DNA of 63,644 bases, the filler included, from Choristocarpus tenellus KU-1152 (taxonomy: Eukaryota > Protista > Phaeophyceae): assembly GCA_964200185.2 (NCBI GenBank). It is 12 parts of 12 records of this genome, joined end to end, with 100 filler letters (N's around TTAATTAATTAA, not from the genome) between each part and the next. Parts side by side here need not be neighbours in the genome. Positions count along the whole stretch, not along the records: positions 1 to 6,512 come from CAXNAD020007974.1; positions 6,613 to 18,034 come from CAXNAD020002328.1; 10 more parts are not named here. The stretch is one strand, 5' to 3'. Under the pieces are notes generated by a model. That model had not been told where the DNA came from. It did no database searches and saw nothing but the letters and a program-made list of their open reading frames with translations. The position numbers and the translations under genes were made by a program. Positions 1 to 12,078 of the stretch are shown piece by piece; positions within the stretch are counted from its first letter, which is position 1; each line of letters starts with the position of its first letter.

Positions 1-65
1 CAGTCAATTTTGGGTCAAGCCCATCCTCAATGAAAAGCTCCATCCTCAATTTTTGAAATCTGCTG
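1..65. mobile_element. Terminus of a DNA transposon/MITE family D (ends ...CTG)
   Basis: Motif CCATCCTC-N~11-YYATCCTCAATTTT-N~9-CTG shared with 31105-31167 and 33940-34002; two of the three sit at contig or window starts. Confidence 0.55.
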
Positions 66-1522
66 TTATTTCACGTCAATTCCACATCTTGATTTCAACA
101 TAAGAATTAACCTTTGTCGTTTACGGAGACACAAGGAGTTGCCCCACATTCCCTCCTCTCCTCTCCTCCCCTCCCCTTCTGTACACAACCTCATGCAGAT
201 CCATTTCTAATTTTATAGTGTTAAGGTGACTAAGAAGAAATATGACACAACTAATTCCACTATTACTGCCTTTACCACCTTCGGTATATTTACATATTTT
301 GTGAGGTCAAGAGTACCATTCACAGTTAGTTCATGGCGTCATGTCACTCTACGTACATACAACCCCAACCGATTTCTTAGTGGAAAGGGGAAAGTTTCCA
401 AATTAAACCACTCGACTCATATTACAACCTACTTGTAAATTATTGAGATCAATACCCCACACACGCCGAAACCGTTTGGGAGACCTCGTCTGACTTTCGA
501 GGATGCGATACCATGTGTCCAGAACAAGAAGCTAGCTTCAGCAAGAGAGAGATAAAATGATAGTAGAACATCGAATGAGACTACTTACGCTTACGGTGGG
601 AACCTTTCAACCAGAGAACAGCACTTTATGTCCTTCCTGGGTTTCGCAATGCGACAACGACCAGGACATCCACCAGGACAGAGACCCGACTCGAAAGGTA
701 TTGAGAGGACATTGGGTGAGATGCGCTTTCTATCTCCACTGGTTCTATAAATTGAATTTGCATGTTCAGCTCTGGGTGCCTGTGTGATAGGCATTTTTTT
801 GTGTGTTTGTATCTGCATTCATGTAATGTTCCATGTGCATGTTTCTGGCAATGCCTTCACTCAACTTTCCCAAGGAATATACTAGATTCCCATCACTAGG
901 AAGAGCACTGCGTAGGTTTTTTCGGCAATCGAAACAAATTGTGCTCATGCCTTACGCCCCTGAATCCTCAAGTCGTACTTTTTACTTCAGTGTGGACCGG
1001 ACATCAAGGTATCACATCCAGCTGAATGTTCGTGACTAATGGTTTTCGTACAGGGATGGTGTCGACCGTGGAGAGAGAACACCAAGCCGCGACGGGCCCG
1101 GTGGGAAAAAGCTGGGATCATCAAAGCTAAGAATATGAAGCCTTCCACCCCGTCGCAGGGAACGAGGAAACAGGCTGGTCCCGTCATGTCTCATCCCGGC
1201 TGGTCTAACGGGCACTCTACACGATACTGCAACGCAATAGATAGACTCCATCAAATCCATAGGAAACTTCAAGTCAAAATTCCAGCCCCATCGAGTCTCC
1301 TGCAACTTCCCCTCTTATACACAACCAAGGTAGATAGTTTGCGTCTGTGAGTCGCAACACGTATGAGGGTATGATTTGCTAGAAAACTTGTTCCTGAGGC
1401 TGAAAGTCATGCAAGGCAAAATTTCGTTGCTCCCTCTTCGAAATGTTGTCGTAGAGAACTAGTATTCGAAGCATGAACACTGCCCACCCTCTCCTGACTG
1501 TCGCCACTGGAAGTACTTCGGA

Positions 1523-2731
1523 ATGGTTGGTGGAATGCTCGCAGTCACAAGCAGCCTGCAGCGAATGGGATGCAGGTCAGGCGCAACAGGCCCTGTCTCA
1601 AGTCCACCACCAACGATAATAGAGAAATGCAATGATGGCCAGGCCAGGACGTACCAAGAACAAGACCAAGGGCCAATGGCCAACGTTTGTAGATTGAAAA
1701 CTGAGACAGATCGGGGGGATGTATTGCTACCATGCTCCTGTGGGGACAGCAATGAACATCTGGAAAAGAGAGAACCTAATAAGAACTTTATCCAAAATAG
1801 CAACAAACAGGAACTACATCCAGCTATCCACTCTGAGCCCATAGTGAGCTGTGACGCGCAGCAGTACCACCTGGTCGGTGAGGATCATCAGTGGTGGACA
1901 GAAACCCAAGGAGGATGCCCAGTTGAAACGTCAGTAGGAGTCTCAGGGGAAGAACACAATATATGCATTGATGAAAGTAGTAAATCCTCCATCCCAAGCT
2001 TGGGATTAGAGCAATTTAGGGGCCATGAAACAGACACCAACCAGATTAGCACCTCACGGACCGAAAACGAACACATGGAAGGCCAGGTTGTGAATTTTGA
2101 ATTAAAGCGAGAACCACATGACGGGCCCAACATGCACATGGTAGGGGACTTGGTAGAGGATGAGGATTTTCGCCCAAAGCCTGATCTTCACGACATCTGG
2201 ATCCCGCAACAATTATTCTGTGGCAAGGCCTTAAGTCCTACCCGCCTAGTGGCTAAGGAGAAGACAGCTGAAGTTGCCTCTCAAATAAAAGAGAGGGGGA
2301 CAACAGAAAAATCTTCCTCCAACCAACAGGTAGAAACCAGCAATTTGGATGCCAAGAGTAGGGTGGAATGTGATGGGAAGAGTGGAAAGGATAGTTTGGG
2401 AGAGGAAGGAAAAATGTCAGAGATGACACCAAACAAAAAAAATCGAAAGTTGAGGATAGTCAACACCATGCCTGCATCATTTCCATCTAGAAACCAGCAT
2501 GCCGTGTTGGACAGAAGTTGGCCAAACATTGTCGGAGGAACTACAGGTGCTGATTCCAATCTAGTCCCCATTTCAAGTGTGCTATTGAGAGGGTTGAAAT
2601 CAAGCGGAGATCTCCTGCACTTAGATCACTCCACAATTTCCTGGCAAGCTACTACAGCATGTATGTCTTGGCCAGGGAATGAAGAAAACAGTGAGGGGTT
2701 CAAGGTGAGCCAAACAATGAAAATAAGCTGA
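1523..2731 (+). CDS. Long low-complexity (S/E/K-rich) ORF, probably a large exon of an unknown gene
   Basis: 402-codon stop-free frame; no recognisable domain. Confidence 0.4.
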   Translation: MVGGMLAVTSSLQRMGCRSGATGPVSSPPPTIIEKCNDGQARTYQEQDQGPMANVCRLKTETDRGDVLLPCSCGDSNEHLEKREPNKNFIQNSNKQELHPAIHSEPIVSCDAQQYHLVGEDHQWWTETQGGCPVETSVGVSGEEHNICIDESSKSSIPSLGLEQFRGHETDTNQISTSRTENEHMEGQVVNFELKREPHDGPNMHMVGDLVEDEDFRPKPDLHDIWIPQQLFCGKALSPTRLVAKEKTAEVASQIKERGTTEKSSSNQQVETSNLDAKSRVECDGKSGKDSLGEEGKMSEMTPNKKNRKLRIVNTMPASFPSRNQHAVLDRSWPNIVGGTTGADSNLVPISSVLLRGLKSSGDLLHLDHSTISWQATTACMSWPGNEENSEGFKVSQTMKIS

Positions 2732-2791
2732 GAGAATTCTGCTTAAAGTGTGATTGATACTGACACACACACATCTATCTTGCTTTGAAGT

Positions 2792-3044
2792 GAGTGAAAT
2801 TATCTTAGAGGGTACGAGTTTTGCCATGTTTGTCCGTTTGGGGCTTGGCTTCCCGTGTTATGACATTTTCCTACTCCAAATGTTTCGGAGTAGGTAAAAT
2901 GTATACATTATGAACAGGTGTTTCTGGAACAAGGATATTGACACTTTTTAATAATTAGCATGATAGCCAAAATTACATCAAAATCACAACATTAGAGTTT
3001 GCTCTCCAAACTGATGCAGCTCACCCTCTAAGATACCATGGCTC
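2792..3044 (+). mobile_element. MITE family A, full length
   Basis: TIRs GAGTGAAATTATCTTAGAGGGT / ACCCTCTAAGATACCATGGCTC; TSD AGT (2789-2791, 3045-3047); internal hairpin. Confidence 0.92.
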
Positions 3045-5304
3045 AGTATTGTACCACAATGCTGGGTCCTCCGCTGTACATTTGTGCCCACACGTCACAC
3101 ACCCCCTACACCAATCTGTATCCGTGTCCCAATGGTGCTGTATCATTGTTGATTGATTAAGTGGAAATCCTTGGAGCTCTCCTCTCTGGGTTGACATATG
3201 CATTGATAATGCTAAAATATGATGTTCAGTTGTTGGATGCCTCTCCCACTATATTGGCACCCTAATCTTAACTTTTGTGTGTCTTTTACACTGCTGTAAG
3301 AACCCTTGCACAAGATTGCAAATTTCACATGAAGTTTGCATAACAATCTGCCAAACAATACAGGTAGTTCATAGTGTCTTAGAAAGGTATCGCTACGTAT
3401 ATTTTTGAAATCCTAAGCCCAGTCTCTCTACTATAGTTCCCAGTGATTCCTTTCTTGGTACCACAGGCTCTGCCCCCAGAGGAGCAGATCGCCACCCTCA
3501 AGCGTACCCAGGGTCGTGCCATTCATGCATGCCAGCAAGCAGTCCATCGCCTTCGCGACCCCCAGAGCGCATTCTCAAAGGTGCATCGTGTTCCCAGTCG
3601 TCCGGAAATGCGAAGGTTCCTCACCCAGGGACGTTTCTCACATGAGGGGCGCAAGCTCTGGAGAATATCTGACGGCCTACCTCATCGTGCAGGCCAGGAG
3701 CGGCTCACTACCCATAGCTATTACACCATCAGGAACACCGAGGAAAACTACTGGAATCAAGAGGGATCCAACCAATGTTGGGAGGATGGAACAACCAATG
3801 GGCCTTCGCCCAGTACGAGTATCATACAAGAGAGCAAAGGCTCCTGCTGGTAAATGGGTGAAAGGGGCAGAACAGTCGCCTCAAAGGCTGTGCCAGCTTC
3901 ACAAGGGGGAGGAACCAGACAAAACCGCATGATGAAGTTTATTCAGGTCAGGACAAATGGCAAGTGTAGGGTTGGGGGCAAGCAGACTCAATTCCTCATA
4001 AAGATCAACTCTAGGGTGTTGTATCTTTTTTTGTCTTTGTGCTGGTATGGACAGTGGAAGATTGCTCTACAGGTTCAATGGCATGGACACAGGAAGCCCA
4101 GCATCTGTCAAGCATATCTCAGGCAAAGCCCAACCAAGGTAACTCATGAATGAAGTTCCCGATTTATTGGCCACTTATTAAGTGACTGCTAATATGCCAG
4201 ATACAGTTCAAATGCCCTCTGGTAGGATAATATTAGAGCAGAGGCAGTGACCTGCAGTTGAGATATTGTCCAGAGCTATCTATAGGGTAAACACAAGAGT
4301 GATCTCCAGTATAATAAACTAACCCGAGAGAGTACAAAATGGCCTAACCCGAGGAGTACACACAAACCACACCTTTGAAAACTAGCAATATCAATATAGA
4401 TAATAGGTTTCAACCCTCTCCCATTCCCCAGTCCCTAAGATACTCTGACTGTTCAGCAAGGTCATCACAACTTTCCATCCACCCCACGATTCAGGCCTCG
4501 ACCATACTCCTTGCTCTGCCATCTATGATATCCCATAGTTTGTTTACTACCTCGAATTCACTGCTTCCTGCAGTGCTAAACTGGCAACCCTCCACGGGGT
4601 CGCTCCCCTTGCACCATCCCAGGTTCTCCCTCATAGTTTCACTCGCTGTCCGTAATATTGACATACAGTTACATGGACATCTGGGCATGGGGCCTGTTGG
4701 TCAGGTGTGATTCCACTGTGGCCTCCAAGGCCTTGTGCACATCAATTAACGTTCGGTTTTCATTGCAACCCTCTGTAGGACCTTGATATGCAACACCAAT
4801 CGCACCCGCTCTTGGTCTACCCCCGTCATCTGGGATGAAAATTCCTCTTCCGATTGAACAACCACCTTCACTCGACATTCCGACATTCCTTGCTGCAATG
4901 GTGTGGAAAATAGGCAACCACTTCATGGCAACAACCAACAGTGGCGTCCTGAAGTATAACTTTGCAACATTACATGAGATTTTGGAGCCTTCTAAACACA
5001 GACGATTATTGAGAATGTCTGACTCACTCACCTCATACAATGGCTCTGGGATCAGTTGTGGGACAATGGCACGTCTCCTCAATCTTGCTCTCAGTGTCAA
5101 CGATCTCTGCAACATAATGTCATAGGCTTGTTAATTCCATCATGCACTTCACCATTACCCGGATACAGCATACTACTGTTGGGTATCTAACTAAGTTCAC
5201 AAAACTTACACCAGTCCATTTGATTGCTATGACCAATGCTGCCAACTTCAACCTCTGACTCAACTTAAATGTATCACCCTTACCTCTGCTACAACAATCG
5301 AACA

Positions 5305-5793
5305 GACCCAAAGCATTTCAGAGGGTAGGAAGGGTCACATCCGTTCAGTGTAATAAATCAAGTGTTGCGATTTTGATGTAATTTTGGCTATCATGCTTGT
5401 TAGCAAGTACCAATATCCTTGCTCCAGGCACACCTTTCATAGTCGTGTATATTTTACCTACTCCGAAATGTTTCGGATTAGGTAACTGTAATCACAGAAA
5501 ACCAAAAGAGTCAAAGCATTTCAGAGGGTAGGGAGGGCCATGTCCGTTCTGGGTCATAAATCAAACGTTGCGATTTTGATGTAATTTTGGCTATCTTGTT
5601 TGTTAGCAAGTGTCAATATCCTTGCTCCAGACACACCTTTCATAGTTGTATACATTATACCTACTCCGAAATATTTCGGATTAGGTATCTGTGTTCACAG
5701 AAAACCGGAAAAAGGACATGAAAACACCGTGGGAAGCCAATCCCCGAACAGACAAACAGGGATAATCTCCTACCCTCTTAAATGCTCTGGATC
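5305..5793 (-). mobile_element. MITE subfamily A2 composite (truncated copy 5305-5507 + full copy 5508-5793)
   Basis: TIR GA(C/G)(C/T)CAAAGCATTTCAGAGGGTAG occurs twice, opposite end CTACCCTCTTAAATGCTCTGGATC; whole unit flanked by 4-bp TSD AACA; internal sequence homologous to family A. Confidence 0.88.
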
Positions 5794-6452
5794 AACATGA
5801 GCACTCAGTAGTAGTAGTTACTATATACTGTAGACGTAAATCACTTGTCTTCGCTGATAATTTGAAAAATGTCAATGAGCATAGTATATGCATTGGAACG
5901 TATGCTGTGAGGGACAAAACTACAACTATTACTAATGTTAGTGTGTAGCAAAGGGATTTGCTTGTTTTAAGTGTTCGATATATTAACTACTTTATATGTT
6001 GCTCCCTGCCCAAGAACTAATGCCAAAAATAACTACTGTTGGCGCATAGGAATCCTCTGCTTTATTATAAGCAAGACATAATCTGTTGTATCGTTTGCTA
6101 TTTTCCCTGCCTTGAATGTTGTTCCCTGTCCTCACTTCGACATCTATCTTTAAAATGTGATTGGTGACAAAACCACTCTGAGTAGACTACGGCATAGAGA
6201 ATACAGTGGGGTCCTCAAAATAAGGTGGTGGTGTGCAGCATGACTTCAATCGCCTTTTATCAGGAACCTCGTCTTAGATATATGTGAAAGATCATTTGAC
6301 CCTCGCATTGTTGCTTTCAACACCTTCACGGTGGAATGTTATGGCGCCTAGGAAAGCAAACAGAAGGTTTCTTGGATGAATTAGTCACCCGTGGCGTAGG
6401 TGGGAGAGGGGCTGGAAAATACTGTAGGAAAGGGGCTGTCAAGTCCCATTAT

Positions 6453-6512
6453 GGCTCAAAGTATCTGGGAGGGGGTGGCGGCTGTCCATTTGGGATCAAA
6501 TTTTTCATGTCG
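6453..6512 (-). mobile_element. MITE family B end, truncated by contig end
   Basis: GGCTCAAAGTATCTGGGAGGGGGTGGCGGCTGTCCATT matches 48409 onward. Confidence 0.8.
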
Positions 6513-6612
6513 NNNNNNNNNNNNNNNNNNNNNNNNNNNNNNNNNNNNNNNNNNNNTTAATTAATTAANNNNNNNNNNNNNNNNNNNNNNNNNNNNNNNN
6601 NNNNNNNNNNNN
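6513..6612. other. Artificial contig linker (N44-TTAATTAATTAA-N44). Identical linkers at 18035-18134, 24266-24365, 27386-27485, 30588-30687, 33840-33939, 39148-39247, 48031-48130, 54423-54522, 57789-57888, 60411-60510
   Basis: Eleven identical 100-nt blocks with a six-frame-stop palindrome in the middle. Confidence 0.98.
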
Positions 6613-6681
6613 CAAAAAAGTGAAAATCGAAAAAAATATGAAAAATGGACGTCGACACCCCCCCCCCAGATACTTTGACGC
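6613..6681 (+). mobile_element. MITE family C right end (contig start)
   Basis: GGACGTCGACAC(C)nAGATACTTTGACGC matches 27486-27533 and 61813-61856. Confidence 0.75.
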
Positions 6682-7688
6682 TGAGATTTCACGTGACAGA
6701 ATTGCACAAACTGTCGCCATCAGTCAGAATAGGTACATTAAGAGCATTTGTCAAAGCTTTGGTATGGGTGGGGCAAAGAAGAGGTCAGTACCCCATGATC
6801 TCTCAAGGACTTTGGACAAGAGTGATGATCATCCAAGTGTTGATGACAATATACCGTACCAAGAGGCAGTTGGTAGTCTGATGTGGGTATCTGTTATGAC
6901 TAGGCTTGACATTGCAATTGCAGTTTGTGAGGTTGCCAACCCCAAAGTCACACATTGGCGTGCAGTTAAGTGTATTTTAGAATATTTGAATACGTTTTTC
7001 AGTGTTGGATTGAATTTTGGTGGTTTTGATACTGAGTGTGAGTTAAGCGCATATGCTGATGCTAGTTATGCTGGAGACTGTAATGATCATAGATCAGTGA
7101 CTGAAGGAGCAATAATGTTTGCAGGAGGATCTTGAATGTCAAGGGTACAGGGAGTTGTAGCTCTGCCTTCCATGGAGATTGAGTATATAGCCCTTAGCAG
7201 TGTGGCACAGGAATTGCTTTTCTTGAGAAGTGTTTTTGACCCAAAGTATCTGGGGAGGGGGGGGGGTGGGGTTCTGCACCAGGGTGTCCATTTGGGCCAT
7301 AACGAGGAAAAGTGCTCTTAGACTATCCATCCGACGTACGCAACCAAATCATACAAAGATCTCGACATGAAAGAATGGTCCCTGAATGGACAACCACTAC
7401 CCCCTCCCAGATACTTCGAGTCTTTAGAGCTTATTCATTCACAGTTTCCTAGGCGTTGCATTGACATGTTTAAGGATAACGATGGTGCATGCAAACTAGT
7501 ACAAAATGCCACAAGCTCTGCTAGAACAAAACACATTGATGTCTGACACCATTTTTGAGGGATTAGCCAGGAAAGGAGAGATTCATGTTGTTTTTGTTGG
7601 TATTGCAAACCAGAGGACAAATATGTTGACCAAGAATTTGCCAGTCCCAGTTTTTTGATAACATGTGAAGATTTTAATGATCATGTAA
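6682..7688 (+). mobile_element. Ty1/Copia family 1 RT C-terminus + RNase H, degenerate and inverted relative to the rest of the element
   Basis: YQEAVGSLMW..TRLDIA; LSAYADASYAGD..DHRSVT; DNDGACKLVQNATSSARTKHIDV*HHF; stops and frameshifts. Confidence 0.92.
7238..7422 (+). mobile_element. MITE family B, full length, inserted in Copia RNase H
   Basis: TIRs GACCCAAAGTATCTGGG / CCCAGATACTTCGAGTC; TTT flanks. Confidence 0.88.
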
Positions 7689-7690
7689 GG

Positions 7691-10600
7691 TCTCACAAGC
7701 CATATATTACTCAAGATCAACAAAGTATTCTTTAGAAAACTGCTCCTTAATCCTAGAGCGAACCCAAATCATAATATAATTTATGCCAGCTACCAAGAAG
7801 ATCGTCAACACGGGGGGCTTTCACAGCACAAACAATGCCATCTTTTACATAGCGCAACACACAGGGATCTGCTCTGCATTGCTCACAACTACATGTTCCG
7901 AAACGTGCACCAACAGATTATTCAACTCCCTGCTAGCCTATTTGGTGCCATAAAGAGCTTTCGCTAAACGTAAATCTTTCCTGACCATATACCACACCCA
8001 TTGAGTAAACGGAAACAAAAATATTCGCTAATGTATGCCTGTATAAAAGCTTGCTTCGCATCCCAATGCTCCAGTTCCCAATCCTTGTTTGCAGCTAACA
8101 CTAAAGACCATTCTTAAAGATACAGGCCATGTCATGAGGTCAAAGTATCACAGAAAATCTAAATCCTTAGTCTCATGAAAATATTGTTTCTACTAGACAT
8201 GCTTTGGATCACACAACCTTACCAAATTTATTTAACTTGTGCTTGTGATCTATTTGGTGTAAATTGCCCTGCGTCTAGGGAGTAATACAGCCTCCACCCA
8301 ACTGTCATTCAAAAACAAATCAGACTTCTCTTCTGCTCTACTTCGATCCTATAAATCACATTCAGGATAACTATGTGCTGCTCTTTACAGTCTTGGGTTC
8401 TAGAGGGATACCATCCACAAATACTCTAATAGACTCATCACTCACACAAATCACAAGGAAAGGGAAAACAGACGAAACAAATCAAACAATGGAACTACTG
8501 TAAAACAAAACACTAGAAAAATCAAACAAGTTTATACAGCCAGTAGGTGAAATGCTTTAGAATGGTGACCTTCTGTGTCCAGTTTCCACTTCCTGAACTC
8601 TAACCAATCCAGACCTCTATCCAAACATTAAACGTCTATCTCATATTCCCCTTGTCCTCTCGATTAGTCCAGGAGATAACATTCTCAACACCCCCCAGCT
8701 CTTGGACTGAGAGTAAATAGGATGTGTCCTCTAGTCCTCGGGAGATGTGAAGGGATTATGCAGATAACAACAAAGAAAAACACCGGAACTGTCTCATCCT
8801 CATCCTTCTAGCAGAGCATGAGTATACAAGTTGTATGCTATATTCAGGACAAGTGCAACAGACACCAAAGTAACATACACCAACTCATTGTGGCCAACAT
8901 TGAAATTTATATCAATCCATACTCTGTAATGGATATTGACTTGCCGCCAGCTACAGTCCTCTTGCAGCCTTGTGGACATGTGGCGAGGTCATATAGATAC
9001 GTTGGGTCTTCAGTCACACCAGTGGGTGCCCCCGAATCAAAGCACTATCTCTCTAGATCACATCGGCTCACCTTGCCATTGTCAGCTACAGTGGCTAACA
9101 TGGTCTGAGTGAAAGTATCTTAGAGGGTACGAATTTTTCCCCGTTTGTCCATTTAGAGCTTGGCTTATTATGTTTTTTATTACATTTTCCTATGCCAAAA
9201 TGTTTCGGAGTAGGTAAAATGTGTACATTCATTATGAAAAGGTGTGTCTGGAACAAGGATATTAACACTCCCTAACAAACACGACAGCCAAAATTACATC
9301 AAAATCGCAACATTGGGTTTTGGCCCCCAAATGAACGCTGCTCTATCCTCTAAGATACTTTGGCTCTCTTAAACTTTCTCCCCGTCCTAGTTGGTTCCTC
9401 TGATCCAGCTAATTCTTCCGCTGACTTTAGCGGAGTCGCCCTCTGGCGACTTAAACTTCCCACCCATTTTGGTGGTACCACCCTCATCTGAGGGCAAACA
9501 GCTTGCTGGTGGCCTCTGCTCCCACAGCTGTAGCAAACTCCTCTATATGTGCAAGGACCTACATGTTTGACCAATCCACACTTGTGACATTTTTCAAGTG
9601 CCTTGGTCTGGCCCCTGGTACGGGATACGGTTGAACCAGGGTCTGTACGGTGACCAGTCATACCTTGGCCACCTCCTCGGCTGACCTATTTTTGTCTTGG
9701 TCTGGTCCCTGGTACGGAATCCTGTCGAACCAGGGTCTGTACGACGACCAGTTGTACCTTGGCTGCCTCCTCAGCTGACCTTCTGGAAGCTCCTCATTGA
9801 GCTTATAGTCTCGGTGGGAAGAGTGCTCCCTGAATCCCCTCATTCAGCTACTTCCTGTTGGAGCGAGATGTATCACGAACGAGCGGCATTTTGGAATAGA
9901 CGCCCTCAAGGGTTCACCATTATTATGGTGTTGAATATAATTCTTGGTGATTTGATTGTCGTCCCCCAAACAGTCCAGCATGGCCATTTGTAGAACTTGT
10001 TCAGACAATTACATGCCCCATCATTGCCTCTGGCCAACTCAATCTAACATCATGGTGAAGGTGACTTGGGGGTCGGACCCCTGTTGCATTTTGACGTTCA
10101 TCAACGTTTTCTGGAGCCATGCTACTTCTTCATCTGAGTGAATGGGAAAATTCTCCTTCAGTTGACTCCAAGCCTCTGCTGGTAATGCTGCATTGTGTAC
10201 AATGCACCTGTAAACCCACAGGTAGTTCTAAGCAGGACATCGTATACCTTCTTGGTCTTGGAGACTTCATCTTCACTGACATCTTCCCCCTTATTGAAGT
10301 CTCTGCCTCTCTGTACTCCGAAATCTCGTCGATATCACCTTTAGCGCCCAGGAAGGCACATGCAGTGGTAAACCTGTCAGCGTAATTGTTGTCAGTCAAC
10401 TGAAGGAGTTTGGTATGAAACCCGTATGAGACCATGAGTGATGTAGTACCAACTCAAACCAATCCAGTTCAGCTGTGCCTCCCCTGGCTAGAGCTTGTTG
10501 ATTGTGGTGTTTATAAGCATGTTGTAAAGCTTAGCACATGTAAGGCTTGTCGCCCAAAGCCGCTGGTTGAGTTACATGGTAAAACGTACACTGAATTGTT
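7691..10600 (-). mobile_element. Ty1/Copia family 1 remnant: gag, zinc knuckles, protease, RT N-terminal half
   Basis: CHKCGLVKHVGPC and CYSCGSRGHQQAVC knuckles (~9500-9590); protease *CFDSGAPTGVT (~9010-9045); RT KALYGTK, ADPCV, VDDLL; homologous to 27534-30480; 5' boundary approximate. Confidence 0.88.
9107..9366 (+). mobile_element. MITE family A inserted between Copia zinc knuckle and protease
   Basis: TIRs as family A; TSD TCT; removing the element plus 3 bp restores the frame RKFKTMLATV and aligns with the empty site at ~29880-29900. Confidence 0.94.
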
Positions 10601-10955
10601 TATTGCCCGTTAGGGGTCCAATATCACCGATCTGAAAAATCCCTAAGGAGCAACAGTTGTCACAAAGTGAAAAATGTTAATCTATTTCCTATTTCCTATT
10701 TTACTACTATGTTTTACTACTGCCTTCCTGTGTCTCATATACTTGTATCAGCAGCACATACAACGGAAGGATAACACTAGGTTATTCAACATTTCTCCCA
10801 TTTTTTATTGGGTGTCCGTCGCTAAGCAAATGAGGAGTACGAGGTGCTCCTTAGGAGTTCTTGAACATTATAGGTCATTTCTATCCAAACAAAAGCATCG
10901 ACTTTAAAAAATCAGTGTTGGTAGTTCCTCCTATTGATGTAAGTGTCATTCTCAC

Positions 10956-11833
10956 CTGGAGTCGGGGTAGCCTTCTCACAGTTCGCAAAGGTCGAAGAAC
11001 CCTCAACACACGGAGGCTCTTCACGTTGGAATCAGAGTGGCTGAAAACAGCAGCAAGGCCCTATATTCCGCAGGGGATAGTAAATCAAAATGTGCAGAGA
11101 TAGTGTCAGTCAGCGGTCAACCCCAGTCCTCTCGTGGATTTCTAGTGTGCCGTCACCATGACAAGGCGCCATCCGTGCCTGATATTGAGGTTTTCCTCCG
11201 TCCACCAAGGAAGGCTTCTTGTATTGTGGATTGGTTGCTTTGGCTCACCTCGCAAACGACGACCGCATCGAGCAAATTCCAAACGTCCGTAAAATACTTG
11301 ATTCCAAACGCCCCTAACTTCACGGCCATCTCAAGGGTGAACACCACTGTGAAGATCATATCGGTATATATTTGCCAGGTTGGCGCCACCTGTCAAGAAA
11401 CAAGAGGATATATATCAATGAAATACGCATTCGTCATCGGCATAGGAGTTAGAGACATACATTTCTTGTTCAGATACATTTACTAGTCCAAGTATGTCCA
11501 TCACAGGCAACACAGTGGCGAGGAAGCAAACACTACCGAAAGTATACCCCTCGAGCGAAGAGAGGAGGGAAACGGCAACAATTTAAGGAGTAACTTTGTC
11601 CTCATCTTTGCGGATGGGTCGTCCATCGCCAGCAAGACAAAATTGATGAAAATCATTGTCACCACGGTCCTATCGAACCATGTACGAGACACCACGTTCT
11701 CGAGAGCATTGATACGATTGTGTGGTAAGCCTCCATTGACCTTACCCTGGCAGTGACTTTGTGATTCACAAGGTCTAGTAAACTCATCGCTCTCTCCCTC
11801 ATCAACGCTGTCTCTCCTATCAGCGAACCCCAT
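10956..11833 (-). CDS. Voltage-gated Ca2+/Na+ channel alpha subunit, first S1-S4 module (exons ~11833-11606, 11389-11249, 11060-10956); remainder not in this contig
   Basis: S1 WFDRTVVTMIFINFVLLAMDDP; S2/S3 FTVVFTLEMAVKLGAFGIKYFTDVWNLLDAVVV; S4 KSLRVLRVLRPLRTVRRLPRLQ; phase-0 AG/GT boundaries for exons 2 and 3; first donor non-canonical. Confidence 0.88.
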
Positions 11834-12078
11834 CAATTAGGGTTTGATGTCTAATCGATAGTAGTATTCTGGTCACGTCGACAAACCAAAAAAACGTTTT
11901 CAATAAAACTACATACAGTGTAGAGAAAATAAAAAACAAGACAATTGAAGGTGAGAAGAAGAAAAGGATTAAGGCGTCTATGTTGTTGAAATTGTTGTGT
12001 TGTGGTTTTCGTTGTGTATAGTACAATAGTAGTAGTAGTGGTAGTAGTCAGTAAGGTGGGTGTGCTTCGAGTTTTAAG
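11834..12078. promoter_or_regulatory. Putative bidirectional promoter (245 bp between divergent ATGs)
   Basis: Channel ATG (-) at 11833 and Sec20 ATG (+) at 12079; telo-box-like AAACCCTAAT on the - strand at ~11837-11846. Confidence 0.5.

Noticed and set aside
3443-5125. ORFs of 96-148 aa on both strands
   Set aside because: May be exons, but no recognisable domain or consistent splice model
6557-6568. Recurring palindrome TTAATTAATTAA
   Set aside because: Always centred in N-blocks: an artificial linker, not biology
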